Notes: generated by a model not told the origin, from the letters alone. DNA of 64,000 nt from Octopus sinensis (GCF_006345805.1 NC_043011.1:67406464-67470463), one strand, 5' to 3'. Shown: positions 1 through 13,385, counted from the stretch's first letter. Numbers and translations are program-made.

Positions 1-338
1 ACACACACACACGCACATGCACACAAATACGTACGTACACCTATTACATACATGCTTTTTGTACGCATACGTGTTCGCGCGCGCGTGGGGGTGTATGTTG
101 CCCGTATATCAACAAAACATTTTTTCCTCGATGGAAAAAAAGCAAAAACTGTTTGCAAACCATGGTTATTTCTCCGGCTTGAAAATTGTTAAAAGTTTTG
201 GTTGACAAGTTTTTTACTGCTATTCGCTGGTGCCTCTGGGAAAAATAAGTACACGAAAATAAGCTAGGATCATGACGAATGTCCTCCTAAAATTTGAGCG
301 ACATGCATGCTAATTTGTGGACGTGCATAAATTACATT

Positions 339-374
<36 letters not shown>

Positions 375-413
375 ACACACACACACACACATCGTGCCCT
401 TTATGTATACAGA
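1..413 (-). mobile_element. Non-autonomous Helitron-like element, copy 1 (cut by window start)
   Basis: Near-identical to 992-1402; minus-strand 5' end A|TCTGTATACATAAAGGG at 413. Confidence 0.6.
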
Positions 414-845
414 TGTTAAAATATGTTTTGCTATTACAAGAACACTGCATGTTGAGAGCGTGTGTTCATGTATTTAGTGTGTTCAGGTCACGATCTTAAT
501 ATTGTAGGTTCAATTCCCTGACCGAGCGTTGAGGTGGGCCTTTGAGAAAGATATGCATTTTCATGCTGTTGCAGTCTAATTAGTTGCAGTTGAGTACCAA
601 CCTAGTCCTGGCGCAGCTTTCTCTCCCTCCACTTGTTCCAGCACGAATGTGCCTCTACGGCAAACGATGGGTGAATCGAGAGACCCCGCTCGACTACATA
701 GGCACTTAGCGAAAGTACAATGTTGCTATTATGGGTCTAATACCCTAATCACTAATCTGCAACCTCCACACACACACACACAGAGAAACACAGACGATAC
801 ATTTAAATCTAACACCATCCATGCATTATGAAGTTATATCAGTAA

Positions 846-1330
846 CTAGCAGTATAACCCGGCTTTTCCCGTGATTAAGTTATGATTATTAAGCTAATCA
901 ATTTCTTTACTTCAAACCAAACTAAGTGACATCAACGTCAAATTTGGGCGAAATCCGTTGAAATTGGTTTATATATATATATGGGCAACACACACACACA
1001 CACGCACATGCACACAAATACGTACGTACACCTATTACATACATGCTTTTTGTACGCATACGTGTTCGCGCGCGCGCGTGGGGGTGTATGTTGCCCGTAT
1101 ATCAACAAAACATTTTTTCCTCGATGGAAAAAAAGCAAAAACTGTTTGCAAACCATGGTTATTCTCCGGCTTGAAAATTGTTAAAAGTTTTGGTTGACAA
1201 GTTTTTTACTGCTATTCGCTGGTGCCTCTGGGAAAAATAAGTACACGAAAATAAGCTAGGATCATGACGAATGTCCTCCTAAAATTTGAGCGACATGCAT
1301 GCTAATTTGTGGACGTGCATAAATTACATT

Positions 1331-1363
<33 letters not shown>

Positions 1364-1402
1364 CACACACACCACACACATCGTGCCCTTTATGTATACA
1401 GA
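846..1402 (-). mobile_element. Non-autonomous Helitron-like element, copy 2 (557 bp)
   Basis: Minus strand reads A|TC...CTAG|T (5' TC at 1402-1401, 3' CTAG at 849-846), imperfect GC-rich subterminal hairpin near 855-872, internal (CA)n; no TSD. Confidence 0.7.
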
Positions 1403-2076
1403 TGTTAAAATATGTTTTGCTATTACAAGAACACTGCATGTTGAGAGCGTGTGTTCATGTATTTAGTGTGTCAGGTCACGATCTTAATATTGTAGGTTCA
1501 ATTCCCTGACCGAGCGTTGAGGTGGGCCTTTGAGAAAGATATGCATTTTCATGCTGTTGCAGTCTAATTAGTTGCAGTTGAGTACCAACCTAGTCCTGGC
1601 GCAGCTCTCTCTCCCTCCACTTGTTCCAGCACGAATGTGCCTCTACGGCAAACGATGGGTGAATCGAGAGACCCCGCTCGACTACATAGGCACTTAGCGA
1701 AAGTACAATGTTGCTATTATGGGTCTAATACCCTAATCACTAATCTGCAACCTCCACACACACACACACAGAGAAACACAGACGATACATTTAAATCTAA
1801 CACCATCCTTTCCACTGGATCTGATATTATGCACTATATTTTTTACTTTGACTCCATCCTATTATAATATGCTTACACTGTTTCTAACATCTCCGTCGTG
1901 TAAAAATGATATTTGTGAGACCACATCGCCATTACGCAGAACTTTGAACAGAGACAGCACTTGTACAAATGCGGAAGCGTTCATATAGATAGACAGACAG
2001 CCAGACATATAATTATTTTGCACATGTAGTTTGAAAGAGAGTTAAGCAGATGAGTTTGACAAGCGTACGTGTGGAT

Positions 2077-2077
2077 G

Positions 2078-2171
<94 letters not shown>

Positions 2172-2172
2172 G
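2077..2172. repeat. (GATA)n microsatellite
   Basis: Direct reading; similar tracts at about 25115-25335, 36860-36915, 57725-57800, 58725-58805, 60790-60985. Confidence 0.95.
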
Positions 2173-2749
2173 ACTGAGATATAGATGGACAGATAGAAAG
2201 ATAGAGATGGGGATGATAGACAGATAGATTAAGATGGGGTGTGAGATGGCTATACAGATAGATGGAGATGGATGATATCAGACAGAAGGCCAGAACAATA
2301 CCAAGATCTTAGGACAGGAATATGTTAATGAAACTTCAACAATAACCATCACGTACCTACTTAAGAACACTTGCGAAGCAAACGATATAAAAGAACCCAT
2401 TTCATGCTGAATATTCGATATACGTGATAATCTCCTCGCCAGATGGTCAACTCCAAATATTATTAATGTATTTCTTGACGTATTCTTATGTATTTGGCAT
2501 ATTTATTAATATTTATTGCTGTTAAGGCGTTATGTACACATATAGATGACATATTATATAATGTTATTTAAACAGATTTTGATGAATTTTTAGCAAAAAA
2601 AATGATTTATGCTTCAGTTTCATAATTACATTGATAAGAATTCCGTGACTCCCCATCAACGGATGTGTATAAAATTGATATATAGCTGAACCGCACAGAT
2701 ATATATATACATGCATACATACCATACAAATTTGTATATATATATATAT

Positions 2750-2786
<37 letters not shown>

Positions 2787-2824
2787 CACATACATATATA
2801 TTTATATGTATATATATAGATATA

Positions 2825-2873
<49 letters not shown>

Positions 2874-2881
2874 ATATATAC

Positions 2882-2929
<48 letters not shown>

Positions 2930-2969
2930 ATATTATATATAATATATATAATATGTATATATAATATAT

Positions 2970-4500
2970 ATTAAGATTTTCTTCCAGAGCTTTCTTGCGA
3001 ATAGCAAACTGCCAAGCAAGCTGAAGGAGGGAATAATATGCCCAATACATAAATGGGGAAGTAGAGCAGATGCCAAAAACTATAGGTCTATCTCTCTGAC
3101 TTCACACATCAACAAAGTCATGGAACGGATAGTCAGAAAGAAACTAATCACATTCCTTGAGGAAAATAACTTGCTGAGTAATACCCAGCATGGTTTTCGA
3201 CCAGGTAGGAGCTGCCTGAACCAGCTCTTACAACATCATGACTGGGCGTTGAGGCAGTTACTCAACAAATCAAATGTGGACGTAATCTACCTTGATTTTG
3301 CAAAAGCTTTTGACAAGGTGGATCATGGCATGATATGCCACAAACTGCGTGACCTCGGCATAGCTGGAAAACTTGGAGTGTGGTTACATGACTTCCTGAA
3401 AGATAGGAATCAGGCAGTAGTGGTTAATGGAGCCACCTCTATGAACGCACAAATAGTGAGCGGTGGTCCACAGGGCGCTGTCTTGGGACCACTGCTTTTT
3501 ATAGTGGCCCTCTCAGATATGCCCTCAAATGCCCGGATAGCCACTCTGGCAAGCTATGCAGACGATACGAAAGTCTCGCAGAAAATACAGAACCCCAGCG
3601 ACGTTGCACACCTGTAGCAGGAGTTGGACTCAATCTACAGATGGGCTGAGGATAATAATATGCAGTTTAATGCTGAAAAATTCCAGGTCCTACGCTACCA
3701 GCATCAAAAAATTGAATATTAAACTTACAGGATATACCGGTCCACAGGGAATTTCAATCCCAGAGCCTAGGTCTGTGAGGGACATAGTTATCGGCATGAG
3801 TGATGATACCTCTTTCCAAGTGCACATTACCAGGATGGCGACAAAGTGCAGACGACTGGCTGGAAGAATCCTAAGAACATTCAGAACCAGAGATAAGAAA
3901 CCATGATGGTACTCTGGCGGACATTCGTCTGGATTACTGGTCACAGCTATGGTCACCCACCAGTGTAAAATTAACAGTGGACCTTGAAGCAATCCAGAGA
4001 AGATTCACAAAGAAGATCGTCTCTTTGGAATTGCTCAGCTACTGGGAAAGGTTGAAACAGCTAAGACTCTTCTCTCTAGAGAGAAGACGGGAGAGGTATG
4101 CAGTAATATATGTCTGGAAGATCCTGGATGGAATTGTGCCAAATTTTAGCATTGTAAGCTACACCAATGCTAGAACGGGACGACACTGCATAGTGCCAAA
4201 GATCCCAGCAATGCCATCACGCTTCAGAACCAGCTTCTGCAACAGCCTGGGTTTCAAGGGCCCACAGCTTTTTAATATTCTCCCAAAGAGTCTGAGGAAC
4301 TTGCACAAAGTAGATGTAGCGGTGTTTAAATCAAAGCTGGACATCTTCCTGTCGAGAGTCCACGATGAACCTACCTCACGACAAGAGGTGCAAATGAGAG
4401 TAGCTATGTCAAACTCCATTCTCCACCAACTACCACATATTAGAGGAGGTTCTTCGTAACAACAGTGTAGCACAAGACGGCGTGCATCAGCATGGCCGCA
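2970..4500 (+). mobile_element. CR1-group LINE family B, 5'-truncated, RT disrupted
   Basis: ORF pieces with QHGFRPGRSC, YLDFAKAFDKV, GPQGAVLGPLLF, YADD, LFSLERRRERY; stop at 3617 and frameshifts; highly similar to 41550-43030. Confidence 0.93.
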
Positions 4501-4567
4501 GTGGTTTTATCTCTAATTTAATTTTTTCATTATTGAATTGATAAGAGGTGGTTCTTTTTCAAATTTA

Positions 4568-4601
<34 letters not shown>

Positions 4602-4602
<1 letters not shown>

Positions 4603-5521
4603 GAGATAAAGATAAAGGTGTACAAGGCATATGTGCCTCCTTCTCTTCTCTATGCCTGCGAGACGTGGGTCACATATCGATACCACCGTAAACAACTGGA
4701 ACGTTTCCATCGATGCGTCTCAGACGGATCTATGGCATTAAGTGGAAGGACCACATCAGTGGTCTTGAAATATTGGAAGGCTCTCGGTCTGAAAGTATAG
4801 AAGCTCTTGTGTTAAAGCAAAGGCTTAGATGGAGTGGTCATCTGGTCAGGATGAAGGATTCAAGGATGCCAAAACAACTCTTTTTTTGGAGAGTTAGCTA
4901 GAGCAGACCGACCGCCACATAAACCAAAAAAGGGGTATAAGGACTTGCCGAAGGCTTTCTTAAGAGATGCATGCATCTCTCTTGACTCATGGGAAGGCAT
5001 AGCTATTGCTCGTAGCAGGTGGAGAAGGATTGTGCACGAGGAGACATCCACTTTTGAGAAATCTCGAGTTGCACATGAGAAAGTAAGGAAGGATGTCAGG
5101 AAGGGCATCGCTGTTACACTTTCAGATGGGAAGGGTCTTCCTATGATGCTGACATGCAGTGTCTGTGCAATACCCTGCCTCAGTAAAGCTGGACTCAAGA
5201 GTCATCTTCGTAGTCATAAAGCGAAACAGATGAGTGACAACCTAGCCACTGGTGGTGATGAAACACACCATGCTAATCATATCTGTCGGGCATCTGGAAG
5301 AGAGTGTAATTCGGCAGGAGGACTTAAACGACATGCAAAGGTACACGAAGCCCAGTTACAACTACAACCGGCCATTACCGAAAACGTTTTTAGTTGCCAA
5401 TTCTGTACATGTACAAGACATTGTAGATATTTAGCTGGGCTAAAAAGTCACATTCGATCACAACACCAGTAACAGTGAAGCTTCGTGCAATGGCCATACT
5501 TGATAACGAGGGGGCAGCCAA
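4602..5521 (+). mobile_element. RTE/BovB-like LINE 3' fragment with C-terminal C2H2-like zinc fingers
   Basis: LLYACETW, LRWSGHLVRMKDSRMPKQLF, RSRWR motifs typical of RTE ORF C-termini; finger-like repeats in ORF 4945-5472; short 3' UTR then A/T tail. Confidence 0.88.
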
Positions 5522-5566
<45 letters not shown>

Positions 5567-5696
5567 ATATATATATAATATATATATACATTTATATATT
5601 ATTATATAATATATAATATATACATACATATCTATTTATGTAATATATATATATATATAGCAGCAGTCAAATAACTGAAACAACTAAAATAATAAA

Positions 5697-5851
<155 letters not shown>

Positions 5852-6494
5852 AATGCATGGCGGCCATTTATTTGTGTGTTTGTGCGTATGTATTCCCTTC
5901 TCTTATTCTATGTAAGTATTATGTCTATAGTTGAAGCCCTTTCTCGAACAAGCACTTATTCACATTTTGCTCGTGTATTCAAAGAAGAAAAAAAACTGAT
6001 CGCTTAATGGCATGTACATTCAGGGGTTCTAGGAAATTGATTACGTTTTCCCAAAGCGAACAAGTATTTCGGACAAGAATTAATTCGGCTGCTTAATTAA
6101 GATCACGTCCTACATCCTTTCTATAATGAACATCACGTCCTGGATAGTCGTTGCTAGTGGGGAATTTTAGAGGTCTGAGTGCAAATCCTAGCTGAACCTC
6201 TTTTGGTGGCCCTTTACAACAAGCAGAGGAAGTGCTGCGTCTATTCCCTTGACATGCCGGTCCACATCCGACGTGTATGTAATAATTCTTTTCTTGGATA
6301 TTGAAACAGACCTATAAAGCCTAGGGCACAAATTTTCAGTAAACGAGTTAAATATTTGCAGGCTAATATCTATAGCTTTAACTCCCTGAATTTTCATTAT
6401 TCGGAAAAAAAAAACGTACATGCATATACACACGCATACACACGTACATATATAAATACCTATATGTGTGAGTATTTGTGTGTGTGTGTGTGTG

Positions 6495-6547
<53 letters not shown>

Positions 6548-6940
6548 ACACATACATACATTTATACATACAGACAGACATACACACATACGTACATAGA
6601 CAAATATATATGCGACATTAAAAGAGAAAAGCACTTTCTAGGATTCGCCAAAATTAATTTTAGCGAAGTATTTTTCTATAAAATATCTACAATATATGTT
6701 TATAAAATTATAAACAATCTGGAATTACAAAACAAGTCTACAATAAGAATAGAAGGCAAGAGCTAACGTCTGATGGGGGATATAAAGGAAATATGCCTGA
6801 TCTTAGAGTGGAACATATCTTCCGCTGCTTTATATGTGTGGTGTGTGTGAGTGTGTGTATGTATGTGTGTGTCTAACTATATATCTATCTAACTATATAT
6901 ACAATATATATTTGCGTATGTTCGTGTGGGAGTTAGTGTT

Positions 6941-6985
<45 letters not shown>

Positions 6986-7530
6986 TTGTGTGTGTATGTT
7001 TGTATGTGTGTGTGCGTGTGTGTGTCTGTCTGTGTGTGTGTGTGTGTATGTGTGTGTGTGTGTGAATTCTAAGGTACTGCGTCAGAAAGTCTGTACATAG
7101 GTTTGCAAATAAATTCAAGCACTTGCGTTTAATAAATAAATATTTAACCACTGGGATTATTGGCACAGTGAAAGCTGCATGTACCTGCATCAAATATAAG
7201 CATGTAAATATATTGACATACTTACATGCATATATGCGTGTGTGTATTTGTATGTGTGAATACATGTATGTATATATATATATATATGTCTGTGAGAACG
7301 AACGAAGAGGAGAAATAATTGGGTATTTTCTGCTTGCGTGTTTTTCGATGTTACTTTGATTTATACGTGTCTTACATAGGGACTACGATGCAGAACGTGT
7401 GTAAGCATACAGATGTATACGCATGCATACGCATATACAATCGCAGATACACATGCTCATAGATTCATTTCAACGTGCATTTATATATACGTGTATGTAT
7501 CAGTGGCTTTTATGCTCATATATATATATG

Positions 7531-7846
7531 GGTTTTGAGGCGCAGAAATATCCTGCCTACAGCCCAGATCTCGTCTCTTCCGATTACCATATCTTTGGAC
7601 ATCTCAAAGGTGTTTTACGAGGTCGTTGATTCCCTATGGATGAAGATGTGAAAGAAGCAGAGCATAAATGGTTGCACGACCAACCGAGAAGTTTCTTCTC
7701 GGAGGAAATACGCAAGTTTTTGAACCGCTAAACCAAGAGCATCGAAAAAGATGACTGCATACAAAAATGACGTAAATTTTTATCCCCTGTTTTGTGTAAA
7801 TACATTGAAAAAACAAGAGTACATATCATTTTTTACCCTCCTGGTA
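7531..7846 (+). mobile_element. mariner transposase C-terminal relic
   Basis: YPAYSPDLVSSDYHIFGHLK matches mariner YSPDLAPSDYHLF motif; stops follow; ends at TA. Confidence 0.85.
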
Positions 7847-7852
7847 TATAAT

Positions 7853-8005
7853 ACAATTCTATCAGTTTCCGTCTACTAAACCCACTCACACGGACTTGGT
7901 CGGCCACAGGCTATAGCAAAAGACAAATACCCCAGGCGTCACGCAATGGGACTGAACCCAGAACCATGCAGTTTTGGAAGCAAGCTTCTTACCTTAGAGC
8001 CGCAC
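7853..8005 (-). mobile_element. tRNA-derived SINE head (family S1)
   Basis: Reverse complement of the GGTAAGTAGCTTGCTTACCAACCACATGGTTCCGGG...GACGGAAACTG head seen at 16600, 29749, 54395. Confidence 0.8.
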
Positions 8006-8647
8006 CTCTGCCTATATTCTCTATTTAAATTAAATGTTTTTCGAGTGATACCAAATCTTTTGCTTTTTCATTTCTTATTTGAATCCATATCCACCCGATC
8101 AAGGAGGTACCACTTCTAGCCGCCTCTGATAGGTAGTCTCAGCGCCACATTTTTCAGTTGCAGTTCAAGCCGGGGTATTAGCGGTAAACACAACTGAGTA
8201 CACATAGTTCATACCAAGTACATTATGTCAATTGATTAAAAATCTTGGTATACATACATGTACTTCATACACGCCAGCTCAATTTGAATCGTTCTCAGTC
8301 GAAAGACGCCTGTTGCTATTTCTTGTTGTTGTATTCGTAATTGTGTACCATGTTCACGCTTTTTTGTTTGTTCGTTTGATTTTCTTCGTTTTTATTGCCG
8401 TACACACTTGCTAGCTTTCTTACAAAGGGTCCTAATGCTCTTAGGTTAGACATTTTTTTAGACAACCAGATCGAACCATCTCAAGTGTAATTGTCCGAAA
8501 TGGTCGTGACTTCTGGAACTTCACTAATGAAAGAAAGCCAAAAATGACACGACTTTTTTTGCTGTCTTTCTAATGGTTGTTTCTCTTGTCCGCCTTTGTG
8601 TCGTCTATCTGCCCGAATGTTTTAAAACCCTCTATTGCGTTTTTGGT

Positions 8648-8710
<63 letters not shown>

Positions 8711-8729
8711 ATACCAAGTACATGTGACC

Positions 8730-8930
8730 TCGTGAGCACCGCCAGCATTTTTTTTCCTCTGTCTTCCATTCTGGGGATCTTTCCTTCTCCTTTGCATCCG
8801 ACGAAGAGCTCCGCTCGGAACGTTAAACCCTCCTTCCCTTCTTTCCTGAGCGTTCAATAATATTTTATTTGTTCCACGTCCTCCCGTAGCTGTGTTTTTT
8901 TTGTGTTTTCTTCTTTGGATTAACTTTATA
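8730..8930 (+). mobile_element. Penelope-like terminal-repeat fragment with degenerate hammerhead (8791-8830)
   Basis: CCGACGA-A-GAGC-tcc-GCTC-GGAA-CGTTA: stem II intact, core mutated at U4 and A13; downstream TTTCCTGAGCG shared with the PLE tail near 37600. Confidence 0.6.
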
Positions 8931-8936
8931 TATATA

Positions 8937-11560
8937 TGATTGATTGATTGATTGATTCTAGTTTCAGCTCACGAGCTGTGGCCATGCTGGGGCACCGCCA
9001 TTTGGTGTTGCTACATGGTTTTACTTCACGAATGCTTTTTAGCAACTGCCATTTGGTGCATGAGAGAGTTCGATGCAGCTGCCCTCATCTGCATCTCCTG
9101 CCGTGAAGTTGGTTCATCTGGGATACCTGACAGGAAGAGATCCAGTTTCATTTTAAAGACATCTGCATCCACCCCATGCAGGTTTCTTAGGTTCTTCGGG
9201 AGGATATTGAAGAGCTGTGGGCCTCGGAAGCCCAGGCTATCACAGTATCTTGTCCTACATCTTCATGGCAAATTTGGAGTCCGAGGCACCACGCAGTGGC
9301 GCCCAGTTCTGGCATTTGTGTAACTCTCGATGCCAAAGTTTGGGACAAGTCCTTCTAGGATCTTCCAGATGTATATTATGGCATATCTTTCTCGCCTACG
9401 CTCCAAGGAATAGAGTTTTAATCTCTTGAGTCTTTCCCAGTAGCTTATATTCTGCACAGAGGCTATCTTCTTCGTGTAGCTACGTTGGATCGCCTCAAGT
9501 TCTGTGATCAGCTTGACACTGGATGGTGACCATAGCTGAGAGCAATAGTCAAAGTGGCTTAGGACAAGTGTCTTCCAGAGGACCATCATGGTTTCTTGTT
9601 CTCTTGTTCTAAAGGTTCTAAGAATCCATCCGGCCAGTCGTCTGCATTTCATTGTCAGTTTAGCAACATGTACATGAAAGGTCGCGTCATCACTCATGTG
9701 AATACCCAGGTCACGCACTGATTGTGCCTCTGGGATTGCAATCCCTCCGGGTCCAGTGTATTCCTTGGGTATTGCATTCAGTTTTGCATGCTGATAGTAT
9801 AAAGCTTGAAACTTTTCAGCATTGAACTGCATGCTATTCTTTTCAGCCCACTTGTATATTTCGTCCAGCTCATATTGCAGGTGCCTAGTGTCTTCAGGGT
9901 TCTGTATTGCCTGTGAAACTTTTGTATCATCTGCATAACTTGTGATCGTGGCTCTCCGCGTGGCTGAGGGCATGTCTGAGAGGGCCATTATGAACAGTAG
10001 TGGTCCCAAAACAGTGCCCTGCGGAACACCGCTCACTATTTACGTGTTAATGGAAGTGGCCCCATTGGCTACTACCACCTGACTTCTATCTTTCAGAAAG
10101 TCATGAAGCCATTCTCCCAGTTTTCCAACAATGCTAAGATCACGCAGTTTGTGACATATCATTCCATGATCGACTTTATCAAAGGCTTTTGCAAAGTCGA
10201 GATATATCATTTCAACATTTGAGTGGTTGAGCGGTCGTTTCAGCACCCAGTCATAGTGTTGTAGGAGCTGAGTTAAGCAGCTTCTTCCTGGTCGGAAACC
10301 ATGTTGGGTGTCAGGCAGCAAGTCATTTTCTTCAAGGAAGGTGATTAGTTTCCTTCTGACTATTCGTTCCATGACCTTGCTGATGTGTGAGGTCAGAGAG
10401 ATAGGTCTGTAGTTCTTGGCCTCCGCTCTGCTACCTCCTTTATGAATAGGGCATATTTTACCTTCCTTCAGTTTGCCAGCTGCAAGGAAGCTCTGAAAGA
10501 GGAACTGCAGTGGTCTTGCTAGGACTCTCTTACATACTTTTAGGAGGATTGCCGGGAATCCATCGGGGCCAATAGCTGAGTCCGTTTTCATTTCATCTAT
10601 TGCCTTTATTACATCGTCTTCCTTTATATCGATGTAATCTATCGTCGCTGCCTCTGATTTTATATCTGCAGTGGTAAAGAAGTCAGTTGGATTGGGGATT
10701 TGGAAATGCCCAAGGGGTGGAGTGAAAACACTCTTGAATTGCTCATTCAGTATTTCACTTACCCTCACTGGTTTTCCTCTGAGTGTGCCATCCTTTTCAA
10801 GGAGTGGCCCTATCCTACAGTGCACCGTATCTGTTTCTTTGGCATACGTGTAGAAAGCTCTGGGGTTAGATTTTATGTTGTCTATAGCCCAGGCTTCTTT
10901 GTCTGCTCTTTCCTTTTCATGGGAGAATTGCAGACATTTTTCAATTTCCAACAGTTTTATTTTCAGGCGGGACTTTTCACTGCTTTCAATTTGTTTGTTT
11001 AGGCGATTTGAAATTTTTGTACGCCGTCTCATTAAAATTTTCCTCTCTTTGAGGATTTTGTTCTTGTGTACAGTGGCCTTTCTCTCTGGGACACATTTGT
11101 AGCATATGGCTTGCATTACAGACATGAATTGTTGAAGTTTCACGTCGATATTTGGCGAGGAGAGACATTCAGGCCAGTTTTGTTTGAGGATCTCTTTCTC
11201 AATTTGTTTCCAGTTTGCCTTATGGAAGTTCAAGCTGGAAAGATTCTGAGTGTTTCTTGTAGGCTGCATGTCCATGCTTTCCTTTGGCCCGTACATGGTC
11301 AGCTCTACCATGTTGTGATCCGAGAGTAGTGTCGGTGTCACTTTCACATTATGGATGAGATCCATATTATTTCTGAAGCAGAGATCCAGTGTGTTACCTG
11401 CCCTGGTTGGTTGGAGTATTACTTGCTCCATGTACAGGGTGTTGATGAGGTTCAGGGGGGACCTCGCCTGTCCTCGTTCTCATCTTGTCATTCCTGGGAG
11501 AGAAAGGCCCTCGGACCATCTGACATTTGGTAGATTGAAGTCTCCCATAAGAAGTACATT
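8937..11560 (-). mobile_element. CR1-group LINE family A, 3' portion (EN end + RT), frameshifted
   Basis: ORFs 10040-11431 and 9263-10036 nearly identical to ORF2 of 17448-21068; (AATC)n tail at 8937-8958. Confidence 0.95.
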
Positions 11561-11771
11561 ATTACGGATAACCATATTTTATCTCAGTAGATGACCACAG
11601 CATCTTGTTTTGGCTACACGCGGGTGGGAAGGGGCTGGTGACACAATCTTTTCATTCACGCATTGAATTTGGTGATACTAGTTGCGGATTCTAGCTCGCT
11701 CTGATACTGAGTTGAGTTGGTGCCTTCTAGTATCTCAAAATTCAATATATAATCATTTATGATTATAGTAT

Positions 11772-11872
11772 TCTACGCTGAAGAGAAAAGAAGTTTTTGG
11801 TAAGATAGAATTATTTAATATTTAATTCTTATGCTTTCCTAAAAACTTGATTTCGAAACGTACGTCCGTAGA
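11772..11872 (+). ncRNA. Type I hammerhead ribozyme, array unit 1
   Basis: Stem I TCTACG/CGTAGA; CTGAAGA 11778-84; stem II GAAA/TTTC then AAGTTTTTGG/CTAAAAACTT; GAAA 11855-58; stem III AC-gtac-GT; GUC cleavage after 11866. Confidence 0.85.
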
Positions 11873-12364
11873 TAACTTAAAATTGTATGATAGATTGCCG
11901 TCAATTCATTCTCTCTTACCTGTTTGTGTCTGCCTTCCAATTGCTGTTTTTACTGAGATCTCCCTTTTTAGTAGAAGAAATAGCTATAACTCTTTGACTG
12001 CTATTTCTAAATTCGGTATGTGGTAAGGCAATTCGTTGCTAAACCCTTATTGCTTAGTATTACTTAAATTTTCCTCGAATGAGGCTTTTACATACCGAAG
12101 ACTACTTGGTGTAATTGATAATTATTCCAAATTAATTAATTTCACCCTTCATTATTACGGATAACCATATTTTATCTCAGTAGATGACCACAGCATCTTG
12201 TTTTGGCTACACGCGGGTGGGAAGGGGCTGGTGACACAATCTTTTCATTCACGCATTGAATTTGGTGATACTAGTTGCGGATTCTAGCTCGCTCTGATAC
12301 TGAGTTGAGTTGGTGCCTTCTAGTATCTCAAAATTCAATATATAATCATTTATGATTATAGTAT

Positions 12365-12464
12365 TCTACGCTGAAGAGAAAAGAAGTTTTTGGTAAGATA
12401 GAATTATTTAATATTAATTCTTATGCTTTCCTAAAAACTTGATTTCGAAACGTACGTCCGTAGA
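12365..12464 (+). ncRNA. Type I hammerhead ribozyme, array unit 2
   Basis: Same motif; CTGAAGA 12371-77; cleavage after 12458. Confidence 0.85.
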
Positions 12465-12956
12465 TAACTTAAAATTGTATGATAGATTGCCGTCAATTCA
12501 TTCTCTCTTACCTGTTTGTGTCTGCCTTCCAATTGCTGTTTTTACTGAGATCTCCCTTTTTAGTAGAAGAAATAGCTATAACTCTTTGACTGCTATTTCT
12601 AAATTCGGTATGTGGTAAGGCAATTCGTTGCTAAACCCTTATTGCTTAGTATTACTTAAATTTTCCTCGAATGAGGCTTTTACATACCGAAGACTACTTG
12701 GTGTAATTGATAATTATTCCAAATTAATTAATTTCACCCTTCATTATTACGGATAACCATATTTTATCTCAGTAGATGACCACAGCATCTTGTTTTGGCT
12801 ACACGCGGGTGGGAAGGGGCTGGTGACACAATCTTTTCATTCACGCATTGAATTTGGTGATACTAGTTGCGGATTCTAGCTCGCTCTGATACTGAGTTGA
12901 GTTGGTGCCTTCTAGTATCTCAAAATTCAATATATAATCATTTATGATTATAGTAT

Positions 12957-13057
12957 TCTACGCTGAAGAGAAAAGAAGTTTTTGGTAAGATAGAATTATT
13001 TAATATTTAATTCTTATGCTTTCCTAAAAACTTGATTTCGAAACGTACGTCCGTAGA
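12957..13057 (+). ncRNA. Type I hammerhead ribozyme, array unit 3
   Basis: Same motif; CTGAAGA 12963-69; cleavage after 13051. Confidence 0.85.
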
Positions 13058-13346
13058 TAACTTAAAATTGTATGATAGATTGCCGTCAATTCATTCTCTC
13101 TTACCTGTTTGTGTCTGCCTTCCAATTGCTGTTTTTACTGAGATCTCCCTTTTTAGTAGAAGAAATAGCTATAACTCTTTGACTGCTATTTCTAAATTCG
13201 GTATGTGGTAAGGCAATTCGTTGCTAAACCCTTATTGCTTAGTATTACTTAAATTTTCCTCGAATGAGGCTTTTACATACCGAAGACTACTTGGTGTAAT
13301 TGATAATTATTCCAAATTAATTAATTTCACCCTTCATTATTACGGA

Positions 13347-13381
<35 letters not shown>

Positions 13382-13385
13382 GCAC

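Larger units (their letters stand above)
1..1808. repeat. Tandem duplication, period about 990 bp (1-820 vs 992-1808)
   Basis: Near-identical sequence apart from microsatellite length; homology ends after CACCATCC at 820 and 1808; each copy includes the Helitron plus about 400 bp flank with a degenerate SINE head. Confidence 0.9.
11557..13350 (+). repeat. Head-to-tail array of 3 x 592/593-bp non-coding units plus 16 bp, one hammerhead per unit (retrozyme-like)
   Basis: CATTATTACGGATAAC recurs at 11557, 12150, 12742, 13335; the only difference I saw is a 1-bp indel in unit 2; ends on (TA)n. Confidence 0.95.

Noticed and set aside
8791-8830. Active ribozyme at 8791-8830 or 37625-37667
   Set aside because: Invariant core positions are mutated (U4 and A13; A6), so they are listed only as relics
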